This document shows positions 1 through 8,636 of a stretch of DNA of 31,067 nt, in pieces. This stretch comes from a virus: positions 1 to 31,067 of IMG/VR virus record IMGVR_UViG_3300020153_000005. One strand, 5' to 3'. The stretch's first letter is position 1. The number at the start of each line of letters is the position of its first letter. The notes under the pieces are model-generated. The model was not told where the DNA came from and made no database searches. It worked only from the letters and a program-made list of their open reading frames with translations. Made by a program: the position numbers and the translations under genes.

Positions 1-127
1 AGTCCTCTAATTTGATTGGTGTTAATTCTTTCCAGTTTCCGTTTATATCCCGAACTTCAACTCTTTCTACATCAAAAGCCGTAGACGGCAATTCATAACT
101 ACTTTGATTATTTACCAGTGTTCTTTC
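1..127. repeat. Terminal direct repeat, copy 1. It is identical to 30941-31067 and indicates a circularly closed or terminally redundant genome.
   Basis: Bases 1-127 (agtcctctaatttgattggtg...ccagtgttctttc) recur exactly at 30941-31067. The unique length is therefore 30,940 bp. Confidence 0.95.
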
Positions 128-328
128 TGCTATGTTAAAAGTAGAATGATTTTTATCATCAAAATTCCAAGAATTAGAAAATCGCCAAGCATCTAAAGCA
201 AGTTCTCTTAAAACTTTATTTGTGATTCTTGCAATATCAGCCGTAGTTAAAGAAGCACTATCAGTCCCAGTTAAATACCAAACATCCTGGCAAATTCCTG
301 TTTTGTTTGTAGTATCGTTGAATTGCAT
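1..328 (-). CDS. N-terminal part of a 233-aa virion structural protein (possible head-tail adaptor by position). It continues across the junction into 30567-30940.
   Basis: ATG at 328-326 (MQFNDTTNKTGICQDVWYLTGTDSASL...). The frame is open to base 1. Because 1-127 equals 30941-31067, it joins ORF 30567..31031 in frame (702 nt in total). The functional guess rests on synteny only. Confidence 0.55.
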   Translation of the reverse strand, partial: MQFNDTTNKTGICQDVWYLTGTDSASLTTADIARITNKVLRELALDAWRFSNSWNFDDKNHSTFNIAERTLVNNQSSYELPSTAFDVERVEVRDINGNWKELTPIKLED

Positions 329-333
329 AATAT

Positions 334-362
334 AAAAAGCCGACGAGTTGATGCTCGTCGGC
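334..362 (-). terminator. Rho-independent terminator after the methyltransferase gene.
   Basis: Perfect 9-bp GC-rich stem, gccgacgag (339-347) pairing with ctcgtcggc (354-362), with a 6-nt loop. On the minus strand it is followed by a U5 run (plus-strand A334-338). Confidence 0.75.
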
Positions 363-400
363 ATTCTTTAATTTAAATTATAATTTTGAATTTTAAAAAG

Positions 401-895
401 TCAAGATTTAAAAAATATAAATCTTATATCTTCTTTTTTGTCGTCTTCCTCTATTTCAAATTTTTTAACTCCAAGTTTTTTAATCCAATCTTCAACTCTT
501 TCTCTGCTTATATTTTCATAATGATTATCTTCACCGACAAATTCATAGTGCGGTGCTCTATTTACGTTTGCGGCAGTTCCTATAAAAATTCCTCCTTTTT
601 TAAGCAATTTCCAAGCATTTTCAATTGATAAATCAGCGTATTTATCGTGTTCAAGCATTTCAGTTGTAATAACAACATCAAATTTATTTTTAGATTTAAA
701 TTCGTGAGCATTAGAAACAACATCTACTCCATTCCCCGCTTGCCTGTCTACGCCAATATATTCGCAATTTTCAAAAAATTGTCTCGGCGTTCCGTTGATA
801 TTCAAACTTCCCAATTCTAAAACTCTTATGCCTCTAAATTTTTCTGGATATTTTTCTTTTGTTCTTTGTAAAAAATTTAAAACTTCTTGGTGCAT
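401..895 (-). CDS. Class I SAM-dependent methyltransferase.
   Basis: Motif I-like VLELGSLNINGT, then IGVD, MLEHD, and the post-motif LLKKGGIFI typical of the Methyltransf_11/23 fold. The start is 1 nt downstream of the glycosyltransferase stop. Confidence 0.7.
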   Translation of the reverse strand: MHQEVLNFLQRTKEKYPEKFRGIRVLELGSLNINGTPRQFFENCEYIGVDRQAGNGVDVVSNAHEFKSKNKFDVVITTEMLEHDKYADLSIENAWKLLKKGGIFIGTAANVNRAPHYEFVGEDNHYENISRERVEDWIKKLGVKKFEIEEDDKKEDIRFIFFKS

Positions 896-896
896 A

Positions 897-2024
897 TTAT
901 AAAAAATGTTTAATCGCTTTAACCCATTTTTTTATATGATCTCTATACTGCCAATTATCTTTAATATAATCATAAGCATTTTGTCCAATTCTTTCTCTTT
1001 CTTGTTTATTTTCTATTAAATAAGAAAGTTTTTCAAACCATTCATCTGTATCTGAAGCTATTAAACCAGTTTTATTATCCTGAACCGTTTTAATGCCATC
1101 AATTGTTTCCACGTACGTGTAAACATTAGAAACAACGGTTGGTATTTTATACATTGAATATTCCATCCATTTAATATGAGATTTACATTTATTAAATTCA
1201 TTATCAACAAGCGGAGCAATTCCTATATCAAAATTTTGTTTAGCTAAATATTCAGGATACCAAATAAAAGCTGGGGTTCCTAATCCAATTTTTACTCTAT
1301 AAGCGTTTCTGCTAAATTTGTTTTTAAATTCTTCTTGTTTTTCTTTAGCAATAGAACCAATTAAATGAAATCTAACATTTTTATATTTTTCTAAAATTTT
1401 ATTCATTGCTGGGATAACAAGTTCTAAATCATCATCGTGAGTTATAGACCCAGCATAACCAATTATAATTTTATCATTATGTTTTTGTGTCGGATAAAGC
1501 CAGTCTAAATAATCATTGCAATTAGGCAAAACAAAAATATCTTTTTTAATCCCGTGAACTTCTTTAAGATGTTTTTCTGTTTTTTCTTTTAAAGGATAAG
1601 TTGAAACAAATAAACCACTCGCTAAAGCGTAAGATGTTTTTATTGTTAGTCCTTTTTCTCCACTTAATTCTTCATAAGCAGGATTGCTTTCTGGTAAATC
1701 GTAAATATTATCGTCAATATCTATAATTAAAGGTTTTTTGTAATAATCAGCAAAAAATAAAAGCGGAACAATAGCGTTAGGATTATCCCCGTATTTTGTT
1801 ATAACCAAATCAAACTCGTTAAAAACGTTTGTCCAAATTTCTTCTGCGGTTTTACCAAATTTACTTAAATTACTCCCAACAACATCAACATCAAAATAAT
1901 CTTTTAGATATTGAGCTGGTTTAATTATTCTATAATAACCAATTCCACCATAAAGATTATATTTTTTTCTTACCTCATTTATCCCCCAATCTGTATAAAT
2001 TAACAAAATTTTATTCTTTCTCAT
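897..2024 (-). CDS. GT-B fold glycosyltransferase (GT1/GT4-like).
   Basis: 375 aa. The C-terminal half carries IGYAGS...IGIAPL..N.F...KS.IKWMEYSM..IPTVVSN, the nucleotide-sugar binding pattern of GT-B enzymes. It overlaps the upstream gene by 14 nt. Confidence 0.6.
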   Translation of the reverse strand: MRKNKILLIYTDWGINEVRKKYNLYGGIGYYRIIKPAQYLKDYFDVDVVGSNLSKFGKTAEEIWTNVFNEFDLVITKYGDNPNAIVPLLFFADYYKKPLIIDIDDNIYDLPESNPAYEELSGEKGLTIKTSYALASGLFVSTYPLKEKTEKHLKEVHGIKKDIFVLPNCNDYLDWLYPTQKHNDKIIIGYAGSITHDDDLELVIPAMNKILEKYKNVRFHLIGSIAKEKQEEFKNKFSRNAYRVKIGLGTPAFIWYPEYLAKQNFDIGIAPLVDNEFNKCKSHIKWMEYSMYKIPTVVSNVYTYVETIDGIKTVQDNKTGLIASDTDEWFEKLSYLIENKQERERIGQNAYDYIKDNWQYRDHIKKWVKAIKHFL

Positions 2025-2304
2025 TAAAACTTATTTCATCTTCATAAAAACCTTTTTCACCTTTTATTCTTCTCAAATAATCTAAAACAATAGACAAAAC
2101 CATAGGGCGTGTTCTATGAACTAACCCCGCTGTATTAACATACAGGTTTTTAACCTCATCATAAATTTCTCCCGAAGGCAAAGCGCAAATATAAAGATGC
2201 TTCCAATAAACACCAGCCATTTCTGGAAATTGGGGATTTACTTTAATTGATAAATCGCTATCTATTTTTTTTAATTCATTTTCAAAATCTGGTATGACTT
2301 TCAT
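2011..2304 (-). CDS. Hypothetical protein (97 aa).
   Basis: ATG at 2304 (MKVIPDFENELKK...). The longer 122-aa track ORF would run through the post-capsid hairpin, so the internal start is preferred. Confidence 0.5.
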   Translation of the reverse strand: MKVIPDFENELKKIDSDLSIKVNPQFPEMAGVYWKHLYICALPSGEIYDEVKNLYVNTAGLVHRTRPMVLSIVLDYLRRIKGEKGFYEDEISFNEKE

Positions 2305-2324
2305 ATTTTTTAAATTAGTTCTTG

Positions 2325-2360
2325 AAGCCTCTGCACCATCAGGCAGCTTCGCAGAGGCTT
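2325..2360 (-). terminator. Stem-loop just downstream of the major capsid gene. It may be a partial terminator or an RNA-stabilising hairpin.
   Basis: aagcctctgc (2325-2334) pairs with gcagaggctt (2351-2360) across a 16-nt loop. There is no clean U-run on the minus strand, so it is weak as a terminator. Confidence 0.35.
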
Positions 2361-2385
2361 TACTGCCCGATGGATTCAAGAACTA

Positions 2386-3297
2386 CTATGCAGTAGCTCC
2401 TGTTTTAACATTAATCACCCAGTCTGCATTCAAAACTTTAGTTGCAAACAAGGCTTTCCAACCAACCGTGCTGAAAGTATCAAGAGGATTATCAGTAGAT
2501 GCTGGACCAGGTTGTTTTACATAAATTCTATAACCAGGTTGACCTTCTAAGCTAACTGTTCCGTAAGCATTCTTTCCGAAGAAGAAGTTACTGTAAACAG
2601 TAACTGTAGAAGATTCTGTTCTACCTTGATTTGTTTCGTAAAATTCAACCCCGTGCAATCTACCGAGTAATCCAGCTTGAATGTTTTCTGGAGAGGTGTA
2701 TCTGTAAGCATCAAGCCATTCAGAATTACCCATTAAATCATAAGCAGTAGCAGGTTGAACAACGGCTTTATAATAACCGTTTTCAAACCTCTTCGCTTTA
2801 TTTGTTTTAAGGGTTCTGACGGCTTTTCTTACCTCAGCACCAGTTAAAACATCTGTAGCGGCAATAGCTGAAATATTTGATTTACCACCAGCAAGCTGAA
2901 CGGTTGCACCGCTGAACAACTCCTCTCTTACTAAAGCATCTAAACTTTCTCCAGCATTTTGACCGTGAACTTCAACATGCTCTTCAAGATTCTCATCAAG
3001 AGATGTGAGTTCAAACAAAGCAGAAACTTTTGTCCAGTTTCCGTATTCAGCTAAAGTAGCTGAAACAATAGTTGTGGTCATATCAGCAGCCGATGGAATA
3101 AAGTCAGATTCAGTAATAGGAGTTGTAACAACGGCTAATGGAGAAAATCTATTCCAATAAACAGTTTTTCCACTATTAGCAGGAATAGTTTTTCTTTGAG
3201 CACCAACATCGTGAACCAATTCAGCCTTTGCCCTCTCCAAGAAAACTCTATCGTAATAAATTTGCATCAAGTTGGTAAGGGTTGTTGTTAATGACAT
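2386..3297 (-). CDS. Major capsid protein, HK97 fold (N4-gp56-like family).
   Basis: The N-terminus IYYDRVFLERAKAELVHDVGAQRKTIPANSGKTVYWNRFSPL matches the conserved start of this capsid family. It is 303 aa and sits directly after a scaffold-like gene and the portal. Confidence 0.85.
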   Translation of the reverse strand: MSLTTTLTNLMQIYYDRVFLERAKAELVHDVGAQRKTIPANSGKTVYWNRFSPLAVVTTPITESDFIPSAADMTTTIVSATLAEYGNWTKVSALFELTSLDENLEEHVEVHGQNAGESLDALVREELFSGATVQLAGGKSNISAIAATDVLTGAEVRKAVRTLKTNKAKRFENGYYKAVVQPATAYDLMGNSEWLDAYRYTSPENIQAGLLGRLHGVEFYETNQGRTESSTVTVYSNFFFGKNAYGTVSLEGQPGYRIYVKQPGPASTDNPLDTFSTVGWKALFATKVLNADWVINVKTGATA

Positions 3298-3303
3298 TTT
3301 TTT

Positions 3304-3355
3304 AGAGACTACTCCTTATAAGCGAGTAGTCTCTTTTTATTAAAGAGCTACTCGC
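3304..3355 (-). promoter_or_regulatory. Two mutually exclusive hairpins in the scaffold-capsid intergenic RNA. They overlap the capsid Shine-Dalgarno sequence.
   Basis: Segment B (3322-3334) can pair with A (3304-3313, 10 bp) or with C (3344-3355, 12 bp with one bulge). The AAGGAG sequence lies at the loop/stem edge of the A:B hairpin, 14 nt from the ATG at 3297. Confidence 0.45.
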
Positions 3356-3873
3356 TATTTCGGAATAATCTTTTTTAACTCCTCAAGAGACATTGACTTG
3401 AGCTGTTCTTCTGTAAATTTCTTTTCTATATCAGATTTACCAGAAGAAACATCAACTTGAGCTTCCTCTGCTTTTCTCTGAGCTTTGGATTTTTCCAAAT
3501 AAGCAGAAATTACAGGAGATTTAAGGGCTTCTTCATAAGAAACGCCTTTAGCTTTTGCATAAGTAAAAACTTCCTGTATTTCTTCTTTGGTCAAATCCTT
3601 GCCGTGAAAAGCAATAAACTCAAGTTTAGCCTCAAGGTCTTTGTCATCTTGAGTGTTTTTTCCGACCTTTTCTATTTTTTCAACCTTTAATTTTTCTTCC
3701 AATTTTTTCAACCTCGCATAGAGTTGCTCCTTAGCCCTTTTTTCTTTTTCAAGCTGGGCTTGAAGCTCTTCTACGCTTGGTTCATCGGTGGAAGAATCCG
3801 ATGCCTCGGTCTCTCCCGAGTAGTCTTGAGGATTTTCAAGAGTTTCCTCTAACTCTAAATCTTTTTCTTCCAT
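3355..3873 (-). CDS. Putative scaffolding protein.
   Basis: 172 aa with an acidic N-terminus and charged, heptad-rich coiled-coil-like sequence (LQAQLEKEKRAKEQLYARLKKLEEKLKVEK). It lies between the portal and capsid genes. Confidence 0.6.
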   Translation of the reverse strand: MEEKDLELEETLENPQDYSGETEASDSSTDEPSVEELQAQLEKEKRAKEQLYARLKKLEEKLKVEKIEKVGKNTQDDKDLEAKLEFIAFHGKDLTKEEIQEVFTYAKAKGVSYEEALKSPVISAYLEKSKAQRKAEEAQVDVSSGKSDIEKKFTEEQLKSMSLEELKKIIPK

Positions 3874-3972
3874 AGTTTTTAAGAGTTCCTATAACTCCGT
3901 CGCTTTTAAGGGAAGCGATAACCCCGACTTTTCCAAGTTTTTAACGAGGTTGTCTTGGTAGCCCTCAAGATT

Positions 3973-4224
3973 TTATTCAAAACTTAACTCTTTTTTATCC
4001 GACCTTTGGGATAAAATTTTAGTGTCTTCTAAAAATGTTTTCAATTGAATGTATGCTCTTTGTCTTGTTTTAACTTCTGCTTTTACTTCTTCCGCTGGTA
4101 AATCCGCTTTTATAGTATTTACATCTCTTAAAGGTTCAATATAACCCTCAATTATTTCTTCAATCAACCGCCAATCAGGATCATTTATAAATTTTAATAA
4201 TTTTTCTTTTTTTTCTTCGTTCAT
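3973..4224 (-). CDS. Hypothetical protein (83 aa).
   Basis: ATG-initiated ORF beginning 1 nt after the portal stop. No motif was recognised. Confidence 0.5.
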   Translation of the reverse strand: MNEEKKEKLLKFINDPDWRLIEEIIEGYIEPLRDVNTIKADLPAEEVKAEVKTRQRAYIQLKTFLEDTKILSQRSDKKELSFE

Positions 4225-4225
4225 A

Positions 4226-6025
4226 TTATTGAATTTGGCTTGCTAAAGACGCTAATTGCGGTGGAATTTCACTTTGTTGTTCTAATTGAAATTGCGGTGT
4301 TTTAATGTTTTCTGTGACTTGCGTTTCTCCTTTTTCTAATTCTTTTTCAATTTCAAGTGGGTCTATACCAAGTAAAGAAATAAGCTTCAATCCAACTTTT
4401 CTTATAACTGGGTCTTTCATTTGCTGTAATAACGGCAAAATTGATTGTAAATTATTCATCAAAACCTGCGGTTCAAAGTTTTCATTATCAACAACAATAT
4501 CAAAATCAAAATCTATATCATTATAAAAATCAGTATTTTTCTTCAAAAACCTAACAAAACCAATTCTCTTTAATTCGTTTCTTAATTTCTCTTTTTGTTT
4601 TTCAATTTCTTCTTCTTCTGGCAAAAATCCAGTTGAATTTAGATAATCAATTTTATATTTCTCAGTAGCCATTTCTAATATTTTATTATCAAAATATTCA
4701 ACATCTTGTCCCGTTATTCTTACAACTTCTCCTTTTTCAATTTCTTTCTTTGCTTCTGGTAAAACAAAATCTTTTATAACTTCTCTTAAGAAAATAACAA
4801 AATTTTCTCTCTTAAAACCGAAAACTGAAGTTGCGGCTTGGCTTTGAATTATAGCATTCGTTGCTGGTGTAGTTGCTGGTAAACTTTCGCCTCTTACAAC
4901 ATCATAAGAAAAGGTTTGCCTGTCTGCTAAAGTATCCCATCTAATTTCTTCTGATTGAAAAGCGGCTAAATTTCTTTCTTCATTAACAATTGGCTGGATT
5001 GGTGCTTGACCAACATTTATAACATCTCCATTCTCTAAATCTGTTAATAAATTCTTTATAAAACCACTTCCTGCCCGCTGAAAAAGATGCATTGAAGATA
5101 TTGCCATTGAAACTCTTTTTAGATTAGCTAATTCGTTAATTCTCTCTTGAACTGGGAATAATTCCTCTACAACACCATAACCAAGCCATCTTCCCTTAAT
5201 TTTTGAGTAATGACAATCTTTGAATGGATATTCTTTGTGCCATTCAGCCTTGAATAAAACTAATCCATTTTCATTTCCTTTTTTATCAACATTAAAAGCA
5301 TCAGCAACAATAAACAAGCTTCTTACATATTCATTACTATCTTTTTCTTTGCCAGTAATCCAAGATTTTGGTACTTCTCCATATCTTTCATAAATCTTAA
5401 AGTATTCTTCTTGCTCTTGTTTTACTTCCCCTTTATTTTCAAAAGCCTCTTTTTCTTTTTTAAACTCTTTTCTTGTTAAAAGTATATCAACATTATCCCA
5501 AACGCCACGCTTTTTTCTTAATTCGGTTTCTGTTAAATAATGAACTTGAATTATAAAATTAGAATCTTGAATTTTTTCTACGGTTGGGTCTAAAAATAAT
5601 TTTCTCAAATCAACTATTTGAATATCATTTTTAACTTTTTTAACAACAACGCTTCCAAAAATTGGTAATTCTTCTGCTAATTCATTTAGAACTTTTGAAA
5701 AGTTTTTCTTTTTGAACCACTGCTTAAGTTCATTCTCAAAAAGCTTAACTTTAAATTGCGAATTATAATCTTTTTCGATTAAACGAAAATCTTTAACATC
5801 TACATCTAAAAATTTCGTAGCAACCATTGCTCGGAAATTCACGATGTTAAAAAAAATCTTTTTCAAGCCTGATATTTTTGAATTATCTAAAAATTGCGAC
5901 GCTCGGTATAAGTTTATTTTTCTAATCGTTTCGTACTGATTAAAACCCCAACCTGGCACAATTTCTACGGAATTGTAAATAAAATTGTTTATTTCCTTTC
6001 TTATTTGGGAAAAGATATTATCCAT
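4226..6025 (-). CDS. Portal protein.
   Basis: 599 aa. It is the first large gene after terL and precedes the scaffold and capsid genes. The call rests on size and synteny. The acidic C-terminal tail is typical of portals. Confidence 0.7.
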   Translation of the reverse strand: MDNIFSQIRKEINNFIYNSVEIVPGWGFNQYETIRKINLYRASQFLDNSKISGLKKIFFNIVNFRAMVATKFLDVDVKDFRLIEKDYNSQFKVKLFENELKQWFKKKNFSKVLNELAEELPIFGSVVVKKVKNDIQIVDLRKLFLDPTVEKIQDSNFIIQVHYLTETELRKKRGVWDNVDILLTRKEFKKEKEAFENKGEVKQEQEEYFKIYERYGEVPKSWITGKEKDSNEYVRSLFIVADAFNVDKKGNENGLVLFKAEWHKEYPFKDCHYSKIKGRWLGYGVVEELFPVQERINELANLKRVSMAISSMHLFQRAGSGFIKNLLTDLENGDVINVGQAPIQPIVNEERNLAAFQSEEIRWDTLADRQTFSYDVVRGESLPATTPATNAIIQSQAATSVFGFKRENFVIFLREVIKDFVLPEAKKEIEKGEVVRITGQDVEYFDNKILEMATEKYKIDYLNSTGFLPEEEEIEKQKEKLRNELKRIGFVRFLKKNTDFYNDIDFDFDIVVDNENFEPQVLMNNLQSILPLLQQMKDPVIRKVGLKLISLLGIDPLEIEKELEKGETQVTENIKTPQFQLEQQSEIPPQLASLASQIQ

Positions 6026-6155
6026 TTATTTTTTCACCACAATTAACACAAAAAACACCGCCCTCTTTTTGAATTCTGCTTTGGTGTTTACATTTTTCTT
6101 TTTGAACTTCTTTTATTTCTTCTATTTCTTTTTTAATTTCTTTTTTTCTTGGCAT
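6018..6155 (-). CDS. Possible 45-aa lysine-rich mini-protein with a C-x-H...C-x-x-C motif.
   Basis: ATG at 6155 (MPRKKEIKKEIEEIKEVQKEKCKHQSRIQKEGGVFCVNCGEKING). It fills the gap between 6133 and the portal start and overlaps both neighbours. It is below the ORF-track length cutoff. Confidence 0.3.
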   Translation of the reverse strand: MPRKKEIKKEIEEIKEVQKEKCKHQSRIQKEGGVFCVNCGEKING

Positions 6156-6300
6156 ATTTTTTATATTTTTTCGCCCTTTCTGGTAAATTCTTTATATTTT
6201 TTGTTTCTTCTATCCATTTTTTAAAAGTAGAAGTAGAAATTTTGCCTTCTTTTAGAAGTTGCCCGAATTTTCTTAATTGTGCTTTTGACTTAAACGGCAT
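6133..6300 (-). CDS. Small basic protein with an SKAQ...LPER motif (resembles DUF3008-type phage proteins).
   Basis: MPFKSKAQLRKFGQLLKEGKIS...NLPER. The start at 6300 is preferred because the upstream 13 codons coincide with a terminator hairpin. ATG 6339 is an alternative start. Confidence 0.45.
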   Translation of the reverse strand: MPFKSKAQLRKFGQLLKEGKISTSTFKKWIEETKNIKNLPERAKKYKKYAKKKRN

Positions 6301-6306
6301 ATAAAT

Positions 6307-6336
6307 AAAAAACCGCAAAGACCAGATGCTCTGCGG
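6307..6336 (-). terminator. Rho-independent terminator-like hairpin between the terminase block and the portal block.
   Basis: ccgcaaag (6313-6320) pairs with ctctgcgg (6329-6336): 8 positions, 7 paired, 1 mismatch. On the minus strand it is followed by U6 (plus-strand A6307-6312). Confidence 0.55.
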
Positions 6337-6375
6337 CATTCGTATAATTTTATTTTAGCTACGCTTTTCAAAAAG

Positions 6376-6537
6376 TCAAGAGTTTAAAAACTTTAAAATC
6401 TTTAAAATTAATTTAACCAACTCTTCATCTTTATCTATTTGATTATAAAATTTACATCTTGGGCATTTAACTTCGCCGATAAAATATTCTGCGTAAAACA
6501 ACAATCTTTTACATTTTTTACATCTAAACTCTTTCAT
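6376..6537 (-). CDS. Zinc-ribbon mini-protein (53 aa).
   Basis: MKEFRCKKCKRLLFYAEYFIGEVKCPRCKFYNQ.... Its ATG overlaps the terL TGA (ATGA). The pattern is CxxC-x15-CxxC. Hand-translated; below the track cutoff. Confidence 0.5.
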   Translation of the reverse strand: MKEFRCKKCKRLLFYAEYFIGEVKCPRCKFYNQIDKDEELVKLILKILKFLNS

Positions 6538-7943
6538 TCAAAAGAAATTGGATGATTGCGACGCTCGTATATTCTTTGAATTTCTTCTAAATTAGAAATT
6601 GGTGGTTGAGCGATTTCTAATTGATAAGCCAAGGCGTCTAAAATATCATCGTGTTTGCCAACTGGAAAAGTTAACAATTCCTCCTCTAAAGCCTCATTTT
6701 CTTTTTCAATTAAGAAAACTGAACCGCTTTCAAATCTTGGTATTAATCCCCTTATTCTTATTTCTTTTTTTATTCCTTTATGCTTTAAAGGTATAATTGG
6801 TAAAAATATATTTCTCCGCCTCATTTCTTCATCCAAAAACGGCTTTAACCCGATGGTATATTGCGTTTCTTCAATGCCTATTTTATCATATCTATCAATT
6901 TGATGAAGCTCAAAAATTCTATCAACTAATTCAGTGGGAGTTAATTTCGCTCTAAAAGACAAAATATTCCATTTGTTCTGATTATCCACAAAATTTCTCA
7001 CAAAGCCCGTATAGTCGTTTTCTTCTCCTTTTCCCATCGCTGGATCAATCGTAAGATATCGGGAAGTTTCTAATTTCTGAAGTTCGTCTATTGTTCTATA
7101 TTTAATCCAATGTTTTTTAAATTCTTGGTTTTCGCTGCTTATCGGTTCTTGTTGATAAAGGGCTGAAAAATTATAAGTTCCGATGTTTCTTTTTATTTCT
7201 TCGATTTCTGATAAAGGGAATCTCTCGGACCACAAAACCTCGCCTTGTTTTCTCCATTTCTCGTCTTCGGTGGCAATTGCTGGATATTTTATAACTTTCC
7301 AATTATCTTCATTTTTTAAAATTCTTCCCGCCAAATCATCTAAATGCCAGCGTGTTTGGATAAGAATAATTGCCCCGCCTGGAGATAACCTTGTTCTCAA
7401 AACTGAAGCATAATACTCATATATTTTATTTCTGAAAGCCCCACTCTCGGCTTCTTCTCTTGATTTTATAGGATCGTCAATAATGAGAATATCCGCCCCC
7501 CTACCAGTGATAGAACCCCCAAATCCCACAGCAGTATACCCACCAGTAGACCCCTCAAAACTCCATCTTGTTTTTGCTGAAATATCATCCCTAATTTTTT
7601 TATTAAAAATAAATTGATATACAGGCGAAGAAACAACATCTCTTGCTTTTAACCCGAATTCTCCCGCCAATTCTGCTGAATAAGAAGCGACTATTATCTC
7701 TTTATCTGGGTTTTTGCCTAAAGCCCAAACAGGAAAATATACCGAAGAAAGTAAACTTTTGCCGTGCCGAGGAGGCATAAAAATCATCAATCTTTTATTT
7801 TCGCCATTCTCTATTTTTTCGAGTTCCCGAATTATCTCTTTAATAAAAAACGGGAGCTTAAATTTCTCGTCTATTGCTAAACAAAAAGCATCTAAATAGC
7901 GGCTGGCAGCTTCTTTTATAAGAATTTCTTTTTCATTCTCCAT
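6534..7943 (-). CDS. terL: Terminase large subunit.
   Basis: Walker A-like FMPPRHGKS, Walker B ILIIDDP, the coupling motif TRWH..D, and a C-terminal RNaseH-like nuclease region (LTIDPA..., HDDILDA). Confidence 0.9.
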   Translation of the reverse strand: MENEKEILIKEAASRYLDAFCLAIDEKFKLPFFIKEIIRELEKIENGENKRLMIFMPPRHGKSLLSSVYFPVWALGKNPDKEIIVASYSAELAGEFGLKARDVVSSPVYQFIFNKKIRDDISAKTRWSFEGSTGGYTAVGFGGSITGRGADILIIDDPIKSREEAESGAFRNKIYEYYASVLRTRLSPGGAIILIQTRWHLDDLAGRILKNEDNWKVIKYPAIATEDEKWRKQGEVLWSERFPLSEIEEIKRNIGTYNFSALYQQEPISSENQEFKKHWIKYRTIDELQKLETSRYLTIDPAMGKGEENDYTGFVRNFVDNQNKWNILSFRAKLTPTELVDRIFELHQIDRYDKIGIEETQYTIGLKPFLDEEMRRRNIFLPIIPLKHKGIKKEIRIRGLIPRFESGSVFLIEKENEALEEELLTFPVGKHDDILDALAYQLEIAQPPISNLEEIQRIYERRNHPISFE

Positions 7944-8325
7944 TTTTTTCTTTTTCTAAAACAAGTTTAGCGATTTCTTTTATTCTCTCTTCTGAAAAAT
8001 GAAGTTGTTCTCCACCAGTCGTAATATCTATTGATTTTGTGGGTTGTCCATATAACCTATCAAAAATATCCTTATAAAATGGATATTTTCCACTCAATGC
8101 TTCTTTTATTCCTTTTTTTATAATTTCTATTTCAACGGCATCCGGATCTTCTCCTAACTCTAATTTTTGAGCAACATCTTTTATAGCTTTCTTAAATAAT
8201 GTTGAAAAATTCTTGCTTCCTTTTGGGCGTCCTGCAGGATTACCGGATTGTCCGGGTTTCCATCTCGTGTCTTTTTTTCCTGTATTTTCAGAGTTTTGCT
8301 GTATTTCTTGTTTTATTTCCTCCAT
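7933..8325 (-). CDS. Putative terminase small subunit (DUF5681-type).
   Basis: The WKPGQSGNPAGRPKGSKN motif is characteristic of DUF5681. The gene is directly upstream of terL and overlaps it. ATG 8325 is preceded by GGAGGG. The TTG-start extension to 8382 is less likely. Confidence 0.6.
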   Translation of the reverse strand: MEEIKQEIQQNSENTGKKDTRWKPGQSGNPAGRPKGSKNFSTLFKKAIKDVAQKLELGEDPDAVEIEIIKKGIKEALSGKYPFYKDIFDRLYGQPTKSIDITTGGEQLHFSEERIKEIAKLVLEKEKNGE

Positions 8326-8360
8326 ATATATAATAATACCCTCCAAAAACAAAAAATCAA

Positions 8361-8380
8361 GTTTCCACGACCGTGTAAAC
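8361..8380. repeat. 20-bp imperfect palindrome, copy 1 of 3 (GTTTCCACG-AC-CGTGTAAAC).
   Basis: It matches 18518-18537 at 18 of 20 positions, or 21 of 23 when 8361-8383 is aligned with 18518-18540, and is related to the perfect palindrome at 11282-11301. It lies 36 nt upstream of the terS ATG. Confidence 0.7.
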
Positions 8381-8469
8381 AACTTTAAAAGTTATCTCCC
8401 GATAATCTTTTCTCGGCGATTTCACAATACTCTTTTTCTTTTTCTTTTACTGAATATAATTCAAACATA

Positions 8470-8498
8470 ATTTTAATTTTATTGCACAACTTTTTCAA
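8470..8498 (-). promoter_or_regulatory. Candidate sigma70-type promoter for the packaging/head operon.
   Basis: On the minus strand: TTGAAA (8498-8493), a 17-nt spacer, then TAAAAT (8475-8470). Confidence 0.4.
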
Positions 8499-8518
8499 AT
8501 TTTTTTATAAATTTCAGT

Positions 8519-8568
8519 TTGTATTACAATACAAATTAAAACTATATTCAATTTGTATCATAATACAA
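8519..8568. promoter_or_regulatory. Two operator-like palindromes, TTGTAT-N4-ATACAA.
   Basis: The copies are at 8519-8534 (TTGTATTACAATACAA) and 8553-8568 (TTGTATCATAATACAA), with centres 34 bp apart, just upstream of the candidate promoter. Confidence 0.5.
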
Positions 8569-8575
8569 TAATTAG

Positions 8576-8636
8576 TTTCGATATCACTTCTGTTACCTTA
8601 TCCATTTTCGGTATCACTTTTTAGTTTTTCTGTTAC
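8576..8636. repeat. Direct repeats TTTCGRTATCACTT (x2, 30-bp period) and CTGTTAC (x2).
   Basis: TTTCGRTATCACTT occurs at 8576-8589 and 8606-8619 (13 of 14 identical). CTGTTAC occurs at 8590-8596 and 8630-8636. All lie in the 260-bp non-coding region upstream of terS. Confidence 0.6.

Noticed and set aside
6982-6990. A third perfect DnaA-box sequence (TTATCCACA) inside terL.
   Set aside because: It is an isolated 9-mer in coding sequence without the flanking 20-bp repeat or a nearby promoter. It is compatible with chance occurrence, so it is not called as a functional site.
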